Source: Eledone cirrhosa (taxonomy: Eukaryota). From it: a stretch of 64,000 bases of DNA. Shown one piece after another: positions 52,663 through 64,000 of the stretch; positions within the stretch are counted from its first letter, which is position 1, and each line of letters starts with the position of its first letter. The translations under genes were made by a program, and so were the position numbers. The stretch lies in NCBI GenBank assembly GCA_964016885.1, contig OZ024741.1, positions 296,856,001 through 296,920,000 on the forward strand, given 5' to 3'. Under the pieces are notes generated by a model, which saw only the letters and a list, made by a program, of their open reading frames with translations, was not told the DNA's origin and searched no databases.

Positions 52663-52932
52663 ATTGGTATTCACCTATCTAAGATTATATATCAATTATG
52701 TACGACCTGTTATACACGTTTCGCAGAGGTTCAGCTATAGGTCCCCCATAGAAGTTATGGACCCGACTCCATTATCAATCTGCTCTTCAGACTGATGATT
52801 TACCAAAAGATGCAGTGTTTGTGGAATCACCATATATATATATTTATGTGTGTATGTATATATAATGTGCAATAATCATATACTCATATAAGGGTTTACA
52901 AAGCATTTAATTGAACTCACACACACAAACAC

Positions 52933-52998
<66 letters not shown>

Positions 52999-53008
52999 TA
53001 TATATATA

Positions 53009-53513
53009 TCATCATCATCATCATCATCATCAACGTTTAACGTCCGTGTTCCACGCTTGCATGGGTTTGGACGGGGGTAGTCCCACTTGAGGCAAGAGTG
53101 ATTGTCTTGCTCGCATAGGACTGTCTGGCAGGTTTTCTACAGTTGGATGCCCTTCCTAACACCAACCACATTTACAGTGTGGGTCTGGGAGGTTTTTACC
53201 GTGTTGCCTACACGGCCACATTACAGCGTGGACTGTGTGTTTTTTTGTCGTGACACCGACACGATCTCATTTGTTTCGGCCTGGATGGCGCGGCACCAAC
53301 ATAACTTTACATAGAATGGGGTGGTGTGGATGGGGTGGGGGTGGTGGGACGGGGTGTATTTTGTTAGAGATGCCTACTGGCTGGAGTAGGTTTTACTATA
53401 TATTTAGGTAAGGCGGGTCTTCTCTGTTACTGAGTACCGCCAAAGGTCTCGGTCCAGTGACATTGTCTTGGAGAGGTGTAAGTGTGTGATGTCGGAGTTT
53501 ATCAGCTCGTCCC
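53009..53513 (-). mobile_element. RTE family B 3' end
   Basis: Reverse complement of the 44730-45354 type. Confidence 0.9.
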
Positions 53514-53632
53514 ATATGTATATGTATATATATGTATACGTATATATATGTGTGTATATATGTGTATGTATATGTTTAGGTGTATGTATCTATATATAAA
53601 TACAATGTATTGGTGTGTGTATGTATACACAT

Positions 53633-53980
53633 GGAGGCACATGGCTTAGTGGTTAGAGCATTGGCCTTGCAATCGAAAGGTTGTGAGTTCAATTCTCAGA
53701 CCGGGTGATGTGTTGTTTCCTTGAGCAAGACACTTTATTTCACATTGCTCCAGTTTACTCAGCTTTAGAAATGAGATGATAGGGACTGGGGTCCCTATCA
53801 TTCCACTGCAAAGTGGTCGTGGAGGTGCCACGGCAAAAAAGCACCCAGCACTCACTGTAAATGAGGTTGGTGTTAGGAAGGGCATCCAGCTGTAGAAATC
53901 AAGCCAGAATCAGTTCCCGTCCCACCCTTGCAAGCAGGGAAAAGTGGACGTAAAATGATGATGATGATGATGATGATGAT
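53633..53980 (+). mobile_element. Full-length tRNA-derived SINE (tRNA head + V/Meta-like core + RTE-A tail)
   Basis: tggcttagtggttagagc A box, gagttcaattct B box, ccttgagcaagacacttta, tail almost identical to 3538-3598. Confidence 0.9.
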
Positions 53981-54154
53981 ATATATATATATAGCAAAGG
54001 TAAAAATATATATATAAAACTAAAATGTATGTAGAGAATAATATATGATAGTTTATATATTATTGGTCTGAAGAAAAAGGCAGACTTTTAAGGAGAAAAA
54101 GTTGTATAGACAGACTTAAACACAGAGCAAATATAATCAAATATATAGTTGGTA

Positions 54155-54428
54155 AAATTAGTACTTGATTATTTTTTTTTATTTTTAATTTCTTAAGCAT
54201 GTTTCAAGAGCATTAATAGTATCAGTAATGCTCTGGGTAATTGCTGGCCTTGTGCCAAACGTAGAAACAATTAATAGTATCAGCTTTATAAATTGAATTA
54301 CTGAAAGGGTGATTATATGAATTACACTTAACATCCTTCCAGTAATTCGATTTTGATGTATAATACTGATATTATTAACAGTCTTGAAACATGTGTAAGG
54401 AATTTAAAATGATTTAAAAACTAATTCT
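54155..54428. repeat. Decayed palindrome with SINE-tail insertion (13-bp TSD)
   Basis: ttaatagtatcag at 54213 and 54271 flanks a CORE-SINE tail; arms converge at ~54310-54330. Confidence 0.65.
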
Positions 54429-54589
54429 TCTATCGATATATTTGATGATATAAATATATATGTATGTATGAATATATATAAATATATATGTATGTAGGAA
54501 TATATATATAAATATATATATGTATGTAGGAATATATATATAAATATATATGTTTATAGTAATATATATATATATATCTATATATATAT

Positions 54590-55006
54590 ATGAATGTACA
54601 TATTGTATATTCAATAATATGCTATATGTTTATTTAAAAACATTTTGAAGGCCTTCACTAAGAATTTTAAGGTAGTGTCTAACGTCACATACCTAGTCTT
54701 GGCAAAAGAAAACAGTCTAGGTATGTGACGTTAGTCACTACCTTAAAATCCATAGCGAATGGGTTTCAAAATATTTTTAAATAAACATAGGGCGGTGGAT
54801 TGGCAGTATCGGTAGAGGATCGGACGCCATGCTTTCCAGCATAGTTACGTCCCTTTACGATCTCAGTTCAAATCCCGCCGAGGTTGACTTTGCCTTTCAT
54901 CCTTACGGGGTCGATAAAATAAAGTACCAGTAATGCAATGGGTAATTGCTGGCCTTGTGCCTAAAGTAGAAACAATTATTATAAAATATACAATACGTAC
55001 ATTCAT
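54590..55006. repeat. Decayed palindrome interrupted by a CORE SINE
   Basis: 54625-54696 mirrors 54717-54789; 54590-54618 mirrors 54976-55006. Confidence 0.75.
54791..54980 (+). mobile_element. CORE-domain SINE, full length
   Basis: Nearly identical to 42860-43042; further decayed copies at ~17670-17750, 22483-22545 (-), 59870-60045. Confidence 0.82.
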
Positions 55007-55035
55007 GTATATATCGCTATTTCAGAACACCAATA

Positions 55036-55071
<36 letters not shown>

Positions 55072-55150
55072 GAAAATTTGGACGGGAACAAAAACAGAGA
55101 GGCAGACAAATAAAGGTTTATTAGGTTCACGCTCTCTCTCTATATATATA

Positions 55151-55782
55151 TAAGAGGGATCAGATGCTGTTTACTCGAGAGAAGACTACGTTGGTATGGT
55201 CAAGTGATGCGCATGAAAGACAACAGCTGTATAAAAAAGTGCAGGGCGATCAAAATAGACGGTAGTCACGGAGTAGGCAGACCCAGAAAAACCTGGGACG
55301 ACTTGATAAATTCCGACCTCACACACTTACACCTCTCCAAGACAATGTCACTGGACCGAGATCTTTGGCGGTACTCAGTAATACAGAAAACCCGCCTTGC
55401 CTAAGTGCAAAGCGAAACCTACAGTCAGGAGGACCTCTTACCAAAATACACCCCCATCTCACTACGCCCACCCCATCCACACCACCCCCTTTCGATGTAA
55501 AGTTATGTTCGTACCACAATATCCAGTCCTAAATAAATGAGGTCGTGTAGGTGTCACGACAAAATAACACACAGTCCACACTGTAATGTGGCCGTGTAGG
55601 TAACACGGTAAAAACCTCCCAGTCCACACTGTAAACGAGGTTGGTGTTAGGAAGGGCATCCAGCCGTAGAAAACCCGCCAGATAGTCCTATACGAGCAAG
55701 ACAGCCAATCTTGCCTCAAGTGGGAAAATTCCCATCCAAACCCATGCTAGCGTGGAAGATGGACGTTAAACGATGATGATGA
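55151..55782 (+). mobile_element. RTE family B 3' fragment
   Basis: RWYGQVMRMK..GRPRKTW, UTR, (GAT)n. Confidence 0.9.
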
Positions 55783-56109
55783 TATATATATATACCATGT
55801 ACATATAATCATCATAATTGTTTATGTATAAGTAATAAATTTAAATACATCTATGTATACATGAATGCCCTTATATTTTTATATGTATATCTAAATATTA
55901 AACAACTCTTAAATAATAATAATGTACTTGTTTTCTTCTCTCTTTTTTTCATCAGATTTTATATTTAAAACAAAAAACAAAAGATATACCAACTCAACAG
56001 ATATCTGTAATAAATATGTAACAGACTTTTTTTGCTTTGTTTTATGTTCTTATTCAAAAACATGAGATTGTTTAATTTAACTTTGTTGGAAATTGTTTGT
56101 AGAAACATT

Positions 56110-56460
56110 ATCATCACCATTTAAAGTCCATTTTCATTGTTAACATGGGTTAGACAAGCTGTCCTGTTGTGAGATAAGCCATGTCAGATGACCGGGTCTT
56201 GCTCATACAGAACTGATTTTGGCTTGGTTTCTACAGCTGGATGCCCTTCCTAACGCCAACAACATGTACAGCGAGTATTAGGTGCCTTTTGTCGTGACAC
56301 CTACATGACCACTTTACAGTGTGGACTGGGCGCTTTTTGGCATGACATCTACATGAACACTTTGCAGTGTAGACTGGGCACTTTTTGCCATGACAACTAC
56401 ATGACCACTTTACAGTGTAGACTGGGCACTTTTTGCCATGACAACTACATGACCAACACA
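56110..56460 (-). mobile_element. Old RTE-tail/SINE relative with ~50-bp x3 minisatellite
   Basis: ctacagctggatgcccttcctaac; ctacatgaccactttacagtgt repeats at 56301-56455; similar remnant at 57310-57530. Confidence 0.6.
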
Positions 56461-59400
56461 AGAGCTAGAATGACGGGGTCATCCTACTGACATGGCATAA
56501 AAATGAGGCTTGTTTGCATAATTGCAAACAAATCAAATGTTATTATTAATATTCGAAATATATATATATATATTAATATATAACTCTACAAAGTAAACTG
56601 TCTCTAATTCAGTTTATCTCAAATACATAGATACATACAGACTGCTACACATATACACATAAATACACATACACACACACATATATATATATACTTAATT
56701 TACAACCTTCTAAAGTAATTGTCTCTAATATGTAGACATCCCAATGAAAGGCTAAGATATATCAATAAATTGACAAACCAATAATCCACTCAGAGAAGTA
56801 TAAAAAATATCAAATTTAATTCTAACTTGCATTTTGGGGTGGAATACAAGTCAAATTGGCTAAACGAAGCCAATTCTAACCTATATAATCTCCCAACCAT
56901 GGTTTCAAAAACTCAAAGAATCAGCATCTAGAGTTTCAAGACATTAGAATAACTAATGCTGAGAGAACTGAATATATATATATATCCGCCACTGGATAGA
57001 ACTGGTCATTTTGTATTGTTAACCATGATGTAATATTAGGAAAAGCACTCAACATTATGCAACTCATCCATCTTTGATATTGAATTTTGTTGATGGTGCG
57101 AGTCAAAACATTTTTTTTCTCTGCTTTCTCTCCTTATAGCCTCTTGGATTGTGTTTACTGTTATTCCTTTATTATATAACTATTATGTAATATACACTTG
57201 ATGATGTCACCAGGATCTTACGTAACCTGGCCACTGAAATGTACATTTGCTGAAATAAATCTTTGAAGGAATTTCACCAGTCTGGCCTCCTGTCATTTTA
57301 CTCAATATATCATCATCATCACTGTTTTATGTCCATTCTTCCATGCTAGCATGGGTTAGACGGGTTGTCCTGTTGTGGGCAATGCAAGTCAAGTGACCAT
57401 GTTTTGCTCATACAGAACTGATTTTGGCTTGATTTCTACAGCTGGATGCCCTTCCTAACATCAACCTCATTTACAGTGAGTACTGGGTGATTTTTTACCA
57501 TGGCGCCTACACAACCACTTTACAGTGGAACGTGGGTAGGGGCATACTGTCTATATGCTTCAGCTTCGGCTTGTACCCGTGGGAAGTCGAGTCTTTGGGC
57601 AAGGTCAGTTTATATATATATATATAGTATCAGCAGAGGTGTAATTGGACATGGTCAGCTTTTATATAGTATCAGCAGAAAATGCTCTGTTACATCAGTT
57701 GAACAGAGAGCTGCAAATTTACATACATCTCGTATATAATATATAGTATAGCTAGTATCATCATCATCCTCATCATCATTTAACGTCTACTTTCCCTGCT
57801 AGTAAGTCAGAACGGTAGACAAAGGTCTAGGAGGGCAGTTATTTCTAAATAAAATATAACAGTACAGGGCAGATATGGGCTCCATGTTCTCCCAGACAGG
57901 TTGAGGAGTTTGCATCCTGCTTACATACTGCCATACATTCTAAAAAGTGTAGAGGAGAAGTTATGTCTTTTGACACAAACTAAAAAGTCCTCCCACCCCC
58001 CTGTTTGGCAAGCTTTCTATGGCTGAATGACCTTCCTAACACCAACAACATTACAGTATGTACTGAGTGGTTTTATTGTGTAGATCACCAGCACAGTATG
58101 TATTTATATATATCTATATCTATATCTATCTATGCATATATGTTTATGTGTGTGTGTATAGATATATGAAATAAAATATAGGTATCTGCTTTTTGTAGGC
58201 AACTCCAGGCTTTGATTCAGAGTGACTGCTCACCTAGTCAGGTTGTCTTCAGTACAGCTTATATAGCCCATGTCTGCCTTGTACAGTTTTATTTTATTTA
58301 CCCTCCTAGACTCACATCTTCACTAGGGAGTCATTAGCTGCCACTAATGCATCTTAAGGTTCCCTCATTGGCTCTTCTCAGCATAGCTACAGCCCACACA
58401 GTGCTGAATTGACATTTGTCATATTAAGGAGTTACATAGGAAAACTGTCATACCGGAATGTTGTGATGATGGACCAGAAGATGGTGGTAAGGGGGAGGGA
58501 GGGTTTTATGTGATGTCTCTCAGGCAGGTCACCAAGACAAGAAAAAAAAATAAAGAAAATTGTTTAAAATATTACTTATGGGCAATAACAATAAAAACTG
58601 ACTGAGAAAATAAGACACTAAGAAGAAATAATGCTTAGCTTGAGATTTGTTTCATGAGCATTTTATTGTGACTTACATACAAAACAGCCTGATTAAATTT
58701 AAGAAATGGGATAGAATTTGTTTGGAAGATGAAGTGTATGTTGATAGAGGGAATGAGGGAAAGATAGTGATTCTGAGAGAGAGAGAGAGAGACAGAGAGA
58801 CAGAGAGAGAGAGAGAGTGTGTGTGGGGGAGCCATGCAAAAGCTGACTGAGAAAATAAAATGAGATGGTGTAGGAGAGACACAAAATAACAACAAAAGTA
58901 GTCACTGAGGTCACAGAATGTGTGCCAAAAAGTTTTGACAATCAACAATTAAACAACCATCCAGTTATTAAACTAACTGATTGGGAGTTTATAATAAATT
59001 GAAGTGAAATCTAATGGTGAGTGTGTTTTTTATTGGCAGCATGACCCCACCCAAAGTATAACATGCTACCATGGAAAATGGACGTTAAATGATGATGATG
59101 ATGATATATATTATACATATATCTTCTGCTTCTTCTTCACCAAGTTATTTCTGAGAGGGTCATTGAGGCAGTCTTCAGACATACCTTCCAATGGATCCTA
59201 GCAGAAGCAACCATCTCCAAATGATCCAGATGGACCTCCAAGTAGATCCACACATGCACACATAAGTATATTTATATATTTATGCTATCATTTCATCTTG
59301 GTTGTCTTTATACATATTCTAGTGTCTGTAAGTTTCCTAAGCTGAAGGCAGTGTTGATACTGAGAGACAGTAGGATTTAAAAAAACAACAAAGCCAAAAT

Positions 59401-61250
59401 GACTAGCTCTGACTAAATGCATAATTAAATTGAAAATATGCAAAGGCAAGCTTTACCATGACTTGTCGAAATAGAGAAGTTTGAATATTCATGCACAGAA
59501 CTCTGAAATATATATGATGGTGGTGGTGGTGGTGGTAGTAGTAGTAGTAGCAGTAGTAGCAATGGTGGTACTGATAGTGGTGGTAATAGTAGTAGTAGAA
59601 GACACCTGCTAAACCTGTGAACAGAACAAAACAAAATGATGCATGAAAAGGTTTTGTACAAATTTTCCCATGGCCATCTTCAAATCTTCACAAACACTTT
59701 ATCTTATCTTATCTTAAGACTTTGTGTAGGCATATATAGAGGTGTTTATGTAGGTGTATATGTATGTCAAGGCAATGACTCCTTGAAATTTGGACAAATA
59801 AACTATTTTGTTATCAAACTACTTCCGATTCTACAATACAGAGCTGTTTTTTTATGTTTTATTAAAGCTTGGGTGGATTGGCAGTATTGGTGGAGCATCA
59901 GACACCATGCTTAGCAGCATAGAGTTATGGCTCTTTATGTTTAGAGTTCAAATCCCGCTGAGGTTAGCTTTGCCTTTTGTCCTTACGGGATCAATACAAT
60001 AAAGCACCAGTAATGCACTGGGGTAATTGCTAGTCTAGAAATAATTATTAAAGCTTGAGTGATTTGAAACTTGAAAACATGGGAATCCTAACCACAGAAA
60101 ATAACTGTAGCAAGTCATGTTTAGCCATAACACCTTCAACTTGTAGGTCATGTCATGAGGGGCAATGAACCTGCTACAAAACTTTTGCTATGGAAGCCCA
60201 CTAATGTGAAGTACAACTGCAGAATACCTCTCAAAACATTAAAGAGAGTTGAGGAAGATAGAGAAGTATCTGGTGAAGAACTGAGACAGTTAATGTCGGG
60301 GCCTGATTTAGACCTTGGGGGCCGGGACATTTCAGGTTTGTGGAGACCCACAGGTTTGTGTGGACACAAAATATTATAATACACACCAAACCACCAATTT
60401 TACATATCAAAGTCAGCTGGCGCAAGTAATTGGAATTGAAAAGTTATACATACAGGTATTAAATTAAAAAAATCTAACCATCCTCATTTTACATCCACTT
60501 TCCACAATATGTGTTGGATGTGTTGTTACTGTCTGAGACCAGATATATTGGAGTGACCTCCTCATGCCTATACATTACATATTTGGCATGGTTTCTATGG
60601 TTGGATAACCCTCCTAAAATAACTACTTTAGAGTGTTTACTGGGTGCATTGTTTTTGCGATACCAGCACAACTACTTTACACAGTTGACTAGGTATATTC
60701 TATCAAGGCACCAACACTAGCAATTCACAGGATGTACTGAGTGTATTTTATCATGGCACTTATAGTAAAGAGGTTGTCACATGCTCGACCAGGCTAAAGC
60801 ATTCCCTTATACACTATATTGACTCCATTCAATTGCTTCTGATCTCTCACCACACTAACTTTTATTATCTTACTGCTTGTAATGGTGGGCATGTCTTTTG
60901 AATTATGTCATATCAATCAGCTCTGTCCTGGTCATCTCCTTTGTCAGGTTCAGTTCTTTACAACTTCGTCCCATGTTTTCTTTGATCTTCCACTTCAAGC
61001 ATTTGGCACTTTTTTTATACAAATCTTGCTTTCCTTTTGTATCACATGTCCCTATCAGCGCAATCATCACTTTTGTACAGTATAGTCAACTAAAATTTTC
61101 TCTCAGCTCTCTTGTTCCCTGTCATTCACATACACTAATATTACACATCCAGCAAAGCCACTGCAAATATTCTGACCAATTATACATAAATCTAACATGG
61201 AAATATACATAATTGTAAAAATAGAGGCTTATATAGAAGCATATACAGTA

Positions 61251-64000
61251 TATCTGCGTACGCACCCCAATCCGGACTGCCCGGCACTATAAAAGACAGA
61301 TTCTATGAGACACTGATGCTAACTACCTCCCAAATATCCGACAGTGACTATATAATTATCGCAGGCGACCTAAATGGTCACGTTGGACAACATTGTGACG
61401 GCTACGACGAAATCCATGGAGGCTATGGGTTTGGTACTAGAAATGAGGAAGGCTCCAGAATCCTGGAATTCTGTGATGCAAATAACCTAACTATCTGTAA
61501 CACTAACTTCAAAAAACGTGACAATCACCTGATCACCTATAGATCCGGGGAACACACAAGCCAGGTAGATTATATCCTTACCAGAAGACGTGACAGAGTG
61601 TCTGTTGTTAACACTAAATCCCTCCCCCATGAAGAATGCACCTCCCAACATAGACTGATAATTAGCGACCTCATAGTCAGGACGAGACGTACTCGACAAC
61701 AGAAGAGGACTATCCTCAGGAGGAAAATATGGAAGCTAAAGGACCCCACAGCCAGGAATAAATTTCAAAGCATATTACTTGATGCTTTCGACAGTAAGGA
61801 AGAACATTTAGAGTCGGACAATATAGAGGGAGAGTGGGAATTTCTGAAAGCAAACCTGCTGTTGGCGACAGACGAAGTCTGTGGCTGGAGCAGGCCTGTA
61901 GGCAGGAGGAGAGTAACATGGTGGTGGAACAGTAAGGTGGAGGGGTCAATTAAGGCCAAAAAGCAGGCTTGGAAAGTATGGCGGGATGGGGGAAGTAGAG
62001 AGGACTATCAAGTGGCCAGGAGGGAAGCTAGGAGACAAGTGTACTTAGCAAGAAGGGAAGCTGAGGAAAGAAAGTTCAAGCATGTTCTACAACGCGATGA
62101 CCAAAAACGTGAGGTGTTCAGGATTGCTAGGCAATGCGTCAAGGAAAACCGTGATATTGTCGGGGAGAAGTGTGTACTAAACGACGATGGCACACTTGCC
62201 ATCACCGACGCTGATGAGAAGGTAGCTTGGAAGTGTCACTATGAAAGGCTTCTAAATGAGGAGAATAATTGGGAGAAAGGCAGTCTCCCCCATATCGACC
62301 CAATAGAGGGACCAGCAGTGTTAGTCGAGGGGAGTATAATAAGTAAGGCAATCAAGGATATGAAGACTGGTAAGGCGGCTGGGCCTTCGGAAATAGTTGC
62401 TGAGATGCTGAAGGCATCTGGCACGGTGGGACACACCATGGTCACCCGCATAGTTAACCAAGTCGTACAGAATGGGGTTGTTCCGAAGGACTGGCATAGC
62501 AGCATCATCGTTAACTGTTATAAGGGTAAAGGAGACGCCCTAGATAGGAGTAACTATAGAGACATTAAATTAATCGACCAGGTCATGAAGGTCACGGAAA
62601 GAGTAATAGCGCAACTAATCAGAGAGAGAATTGACCTAGATGAAATGCAGTTCGGGTTTGTGTCAGGCAAAAGTACCACAGACGCTCTTTTCATAGTACG
62701 ACAACTACAGGAGAAGTACCTAGCTAAAGGTAAACCCCTCTACTTAGCTTTTGTCGACTTGGAGAAAGCCTTCGACAGAGTCCCCCGCTCCATTATCTGG
62801 TGGGCTCTTAGAAAACTAGGCGTTGACGAATGGCTTGTGAGGGCTATACAAGCCATGTATAAAGAAACAGTCAGCAAGGTTAGAATTAACAACGAATATA
62901 GTGAAGAGTTTAGCGTAAAAGTTGGCGTCCATCAGGGCTCTGTTCTCAGTCCACTACTATTTATTATTGCCCTTCAGGCTATAACAGAGGAGTTCAAGAC
63001 AGGCTGCCCATGGGAACTCCTATACGCAGACGACCTGACACTCATAGCGGAATCAATGGCCGAGCTAGAGAAGAAATTCCAAACATGGAAGCACGGCCTA
63101 GAGTCAAAAGGACTTAAAATTAACCTGGCTAAGACCAAAGTGCTAGTTTGTAGGAAAGAAAACAAGGCGGCGGTCCCTTCTGGGAAATGGTCGTGCTCGG
63201 TGTGTAGGAAAGGCGTAGGTAGAAACTCCATTTTATGTCCTAAATGCAAAGTATGGGTGCATAAAAGATGTAGTGGGATCACAGGTAAGCTAACTAAGAA
63301 CATAGATTTTACATGTGGCCGGTGCTCTGGTGCAATAAGTAGCAGCAAGTGCCCACAAACTACTAGCTCTTTCAATTGCGCAGAGGGTTCTATAGAAATA
63401 GTGGACAGCTTCCGTTACCTGGGCGATAAAATCAGCAGTGGGGGAGGGTGCTCTGAAAGTACTGTAGCTAGAGTCAGAACTGGTTGGAAAAAGTTCAGAG
63501 AGCTTATACCACTATTAGCTGCTAAAGGGTTCTCACTAAAAATGAAAGGCAGGTTGTACGATGCCTGCATACGAACAGCAATGCTGCATGGCAGTGAGAC
63601 CTGGGCATTGTGTGCAGAGGATATACGCAGACTAGAGAGGAACGAAGCTTGCATGCTCCGCTGGATGTGTAACAGTAATATACGTGAACGGCAAAGCATA
63701 AACGAACTAAGGAAAAAATTAGAGATAAGAGGGATCAGATGTTGTTTACTCGAGAGAAGGCTACGTTGGTATGGACACGTGATGCGCATGAAAGTCGATA
63801 GCTGTATAACAAAGTGCAGGGCAATAAAGATAGACGGTAGTCACGGAATAGGCAGACCTAGAAAAACCTGGGACGAGCTGATAAACTCCGACATCACACA
63901 CTTACACCTCTCCAAGACAATGTCACTGGACCGAGACCTTTGGCGGTACTCAGTAACAGAGAAGACCCGCCTTACCTAAATATATAGTAAAACCTACTCC
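61251..64000 (+). mobile_element. RTE family B, young copy with uninterrupted 887-aa ORF (partial APE + RT + PHD), 5'-truncated inside APE
   Basis: Starts at ISAYAPQ; GDLNGHVG, QVDYIL, SQHRL; full RT motifs; stop at 63979; UTR runs off the window. Confidence 0.96.

Noticed and set aside
60140-61160. Short ORFs such as EPATKLLLWKP
   Set aside because: Look like highly decayed LINE C-terminal remnants, not host genes.

Overview
AT-rich, repeat-saturated eukaryotic DNA. The SINE and RTE families and the (TA)n/(CA)n load point to an octopod cephalopod (inference). The only host gene I can support is the last three coding exons of an integrin beta subunit (+; 18004-18114, 19177-19337, 20421-20501). 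The rest is nested mobile DNA separated by (TA)n tracts: two RTE LINE families with (GAT)n tails, a CR1-like LINE, two families of Penelope-like elements (RT + GIY-YIG), tRNA-derived SINEs, non-autonomous Helitrons, and a ~100-bp satellite whose monomer is a miniature TIR element. Three observations stand out. (1) More than a dozen type-I hammerhead ribozyme motifs of several sequence families were read by eye. Some sit in Penelope 3' ends, but many sit in non-coding fold-back palindromes, including a 3.3-kb palindrome with two hammerhead repeats per arm (retrozyme-like). (2) A C4HC3 PHD-type zinc finger is inserted inside the reverse transcriptase of both RTE families. (3) The MITE-derived satellite is carried inside a Helitron-like element and shows higher-order structure. 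Most short ORFs in the track are microsatellite or antisense artefacts. All pairings and coordinates were derived manually; no searches were run.
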